From: Azolla caroliniana
Lineage: Eukaryota > Plantae > Polypodiophyta
Reading direction: 5' to 3'
Length of the DNA stretch: 64,000 bases
NCBI GenBank assembly: GCA_043228905.1
Contig: JBHGNT010000016.1
Location: 7,936,001-8,000,000 of the forward strand
Numbering within the stretch: the stretch's first letter is position 1; every line of letters begins with the position of its first letter. The position numbers and the translations under genes are program-made. Positions 60,831 to 64,000 of this stretch are shown piece after piece. The notes beneath the pieces are model-generated. The model saw only the letters and a list, made by a program, of their open reading frames with translations, did not search any database and was not told where the DNA came from.

Positions 60831-63800
60831 ATCAACATCAACCATCTCTCCATGTCGTTGATTATCAACGAAATCCTCTTCCATTTTGATTCGTGTTGTT
60901 TGCTCTAAGGACAATGTTGGTGGCGAGAACAACCAATGAGGTGGTATGTAATTCCACTTGACATTAGCCTCTACATCCAACATGATAGGAATAGATGACC
61001 AAACTCTTCGAATTCTCCTTCTTTTTCGATTAGTTGTGTTTCTTGATCCCTTATAACTGTCATAATCACCTTTAACCGTATGTACCAATAAGTCCCAAAA
61101 AGACTTAACTTGTTCTACAACATGAGTATTTTCATCATTGTATAGCTTGGAACACCTAGCTTTCCAAAGAACCCATAAACCCAAAGAGAAAACAATTTGC
61201 CAAACATAACTCCGCGAGAAGAACTTGATTCCTTGCAAGGAACTTGAAATAGCATCTACTTGAAAACTTCTCACATGTAAAGACAAAGAAGAATGCTGAC
61301 AATGATAAAAGGTCGTTTGTTGATCCAACATTCCCCAGAAGACTACACCCCACGTGAATATAGCCGAGGTATACTTATGACCTAGAAGCCTAAGAATTCG
61401 AAACCAAAACCTTTTAGCGAAAAAACATTCCCAAAATACATGATGCAATGTCTCATATGCAGACCCACACATAACACATGACCGATCACGCACTGATCCC
61501 CTCAAAAGTTAACCTACTGGCAATGCATAATGAATCATCAACCATCGAAAATGCAATATCTTATTCATGCATTTAGTTACCCAAAACCGTTTCCAAAACA
61601 TCCACATATGAGATGATGAGACCTTACCTTCCTCCCAATACTTTTTTCCCGTTGGGACCGACTCAGTCTGATTCAACATAAAGTTTCTACCAAACGCCAC
61701 CGAATATGAGAAGAATGGAAGGACCTTAGTCGTTGTGTCAGACATGGACAATTTCCAACCATAATCTAATGGGTCCCACTACAGATCGACAAGTGGCCTA
61801 GAGTGTAAAACCCAAATTAACAGAGTAGGATCGATCATATTTTTTTTATCTAATCTAGCAATTACTCTCACTGGCAACTACTTTGCATCAGACATGATTG
61901 GAGCCACCTCCCCCACTAATATCAATCTACCATTGTCCAAAACATCATAAAAATAAAAATTGTCATTATGATGATATAAACGAGCTCCTATAAGTATATT
62001 AATTGTCGAAAACATACCGTACCAACTTTGAAAATGATCAAACTACAAAGTTGGTAGTGTGACCTTATACACCCTGGACAATTGAGAGAACATTATCCTT
62101 GCCCCTCTTAAATTAGAAAACATATTCTTTTGGTCGTGTGCTGAAGTTTGTAAAAACTTTATCCAATCCGCAACTGTACGGGCTGGCCCACTTTCCATTG
62201 CCGCCCAAGATAACCTCGGTCATAGACCCAAAACACATGCAACTTCGTCAGTAAATAAAGGATTCCATATCAAAGGTTGACGCATAAATTGTTGATAATT
62301 TTTCGGTGGCAAGAAAACAAGTGCTTGACGAAAACTTTCCCTTGCCCGAAAAATTCCGCCAAAGAAACATAATGATCCAACATTGGACTTAGGTAATGGA
62401 AAATCTGAATTAAAAAACCACCTAAGACTATCATGCCATTGCCCACCTACTAAGGGCTTGACCTTATGTAAGTGCCGAATCCATAGCTTTTTCCATAACT
62501 CCTCTCCTGGCAATAAACTCCTAACAACATGTTTAGCAATTAAGGCTTTACTTTGCATAAAAGGATCAATCAAACCTAGACCTCCTTTCTGTTTAGATTG
62601 TATAGGAACCAACCAAGCTACCTTTGCTACAGAATTGTCTGCAATAGTGTTCCTCCAAATGAAATTATGTACTAGATGTTGAACTTTAAGCATTATTGAC
62701 CTAGAAAACAGCCAGGTAGAAGTTATATACCAAATCGAAGAGAAGAGCATTGAGTTAGCTACAACTACACGTCCTGCTAAGGATAACTTCTCCTTGTTCC
62801 AATATATTAACTTGTTCCTTAATCTTAACAATATGGGTGCAATCATATCCTCTACATTTAATCCCAAACCCACTCTACAACCTAAATATCGAATGGATTG
62901 ACCTTGAGGTATCCATGTAAATCCTGAGGTAGGTACATTAAATGGCCAATGTCCCGAAGCGACCCAAAAACCTGATGATTTATCCCAATTTATCAATGCT
63001 CTAGATGCATGTGAGAAATCATCCACAACTTTTTGTACCTGTAACAAATTAACTTGTGAGGCAACAACATATAGACCTGTATCATCAACAAACTCACTAT
63101 TCATGCCAACATTTTCCACGGATAGTGCTAAACCTTTAATATTTACATCTTGAGAATTTAAATGTACAGAAAATGCTTCAGATACTAATAAAAACAGGAA
63201 GGGAGCAAGTGGACATCCCTATTGCACGGATCTTGAAATAGAAAACCGCCTACCAATATCCCCTGCAAATAAAAGAGACCTATGTGCGTTACGATATAAT
63301 GTTGACATTCCTCGTATCCATGTGTTGGGAAAACCCATCCTAAGTAGTGTTCCCTCCATAAAATCCCAGTCCACTCTATCATAAGCTTTTTCGAAATCAA
63401 GAAATAACACTGCTAGATCTTGCTTAAGTAATTCAACAAATGCCACCATTTCCTAAAAAAGAATAATATTATAAAAAATACTTTGCTCTTTCATAAAACT
63501 GGTTTGGGAGTCATGAATTAGCTCCGAAAGATAAGGTTGTAACCTTCTAGCTATTGTTTTTGCTAATATCTTATAAATAACATTCAGCAAAGTAATTGGT
63601 CTCCAATTATGAAGTTCTTCTATCTGTCCATTTGTTTTAGGAATCATATAGATTAACCCCTCATTCCATTCTTGTGGCATATTTCCTTAGTCTAAAATTT
63701 GTTGATAAGCTTTGGTAAGGCCATCACCTATCAAATCCCAATATTGTATATACCATTGGACTCCCATCGCATCCAATCTAGGACAAACATCCTTTGCAAG

Positions 63801-64000
63801 GGCTTTTACTACTTTAAGAATCTCTTGAGAACTTAAAGGTTGCAGAAGACATTCTGAAATTTGTACTAACACCCTCTTATGAATCCTTGACCATATGATG
63901 TCCCTTTTAACTAAATCATCCCCAGAAAAGGATCTAGCTTTCAATAAAGTCTCATAATAATTAGAGGCTATTTGACGCATCTGATTAGGATCAGTGGTAT
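60828..64000 (-). mobile_element. L1-type LINE ORF2 (RT, zf-RVT), decayed; runs off the window end
   Basis: NWRPITLLNVIYKILAK, LDFEKAYDRVDW, SVQ*GCPLAP, FVDD, RYLG, KGGLGL and CVMCGSAYETLHHVFWEC in successive fragmented frames. Confidence 0.93.

Overview
Eukaryotic nuclear DNA from a land plant, probably a non-seed plant such as a fern (inferred from the retroelement types). Bases 1-33408 are a four-deep nest of seven LTR retrotransposons, labelled A-G here and reconstructed from LTRs, primer binding sites (PBS), polypurine tracts (PPT) and target-site duplications (TSD). The outermost element G holds a chromovirus Gypsy (C) and a Copia (F). C holds a Tnt1-like Copia (A), which holds its sister Copia (B), and also a Trp-primed Gypsy (D). 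F holds a Gag-only relative of D (E). Bases ~34500-54000 are a gene island: a 17-exon kinesin-14, tRNA-Ala(CGC), an intronless twin-CX9C (CHCH) protein, two identical tRNA-Phe(GAA) genes and a 4-exon eIF4A. Bases ~54400-64000 hold a tRNA-like remnant, a truncated Gypsy (H) whose putative LTR carries an ECM29 gene fragment, degenerate tandem repeats and a decayed L1-type LINE. Main findings: (1) three LTR families (C, D, E) carry a tRNA-derived A-box/B-box cassette in U3, antisense and about 170-245 bp upstream of the TATA box; (2) element C has an exact 11-nt Tf1-style self-priming PBS; (3) D and E look like an autonomous/non-autonomous pair with 4-bp ACGY target sites, and D has a GGAUUUU -1 frameshift signal. 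All coordinates and counts were read by eye and no database searches were run.
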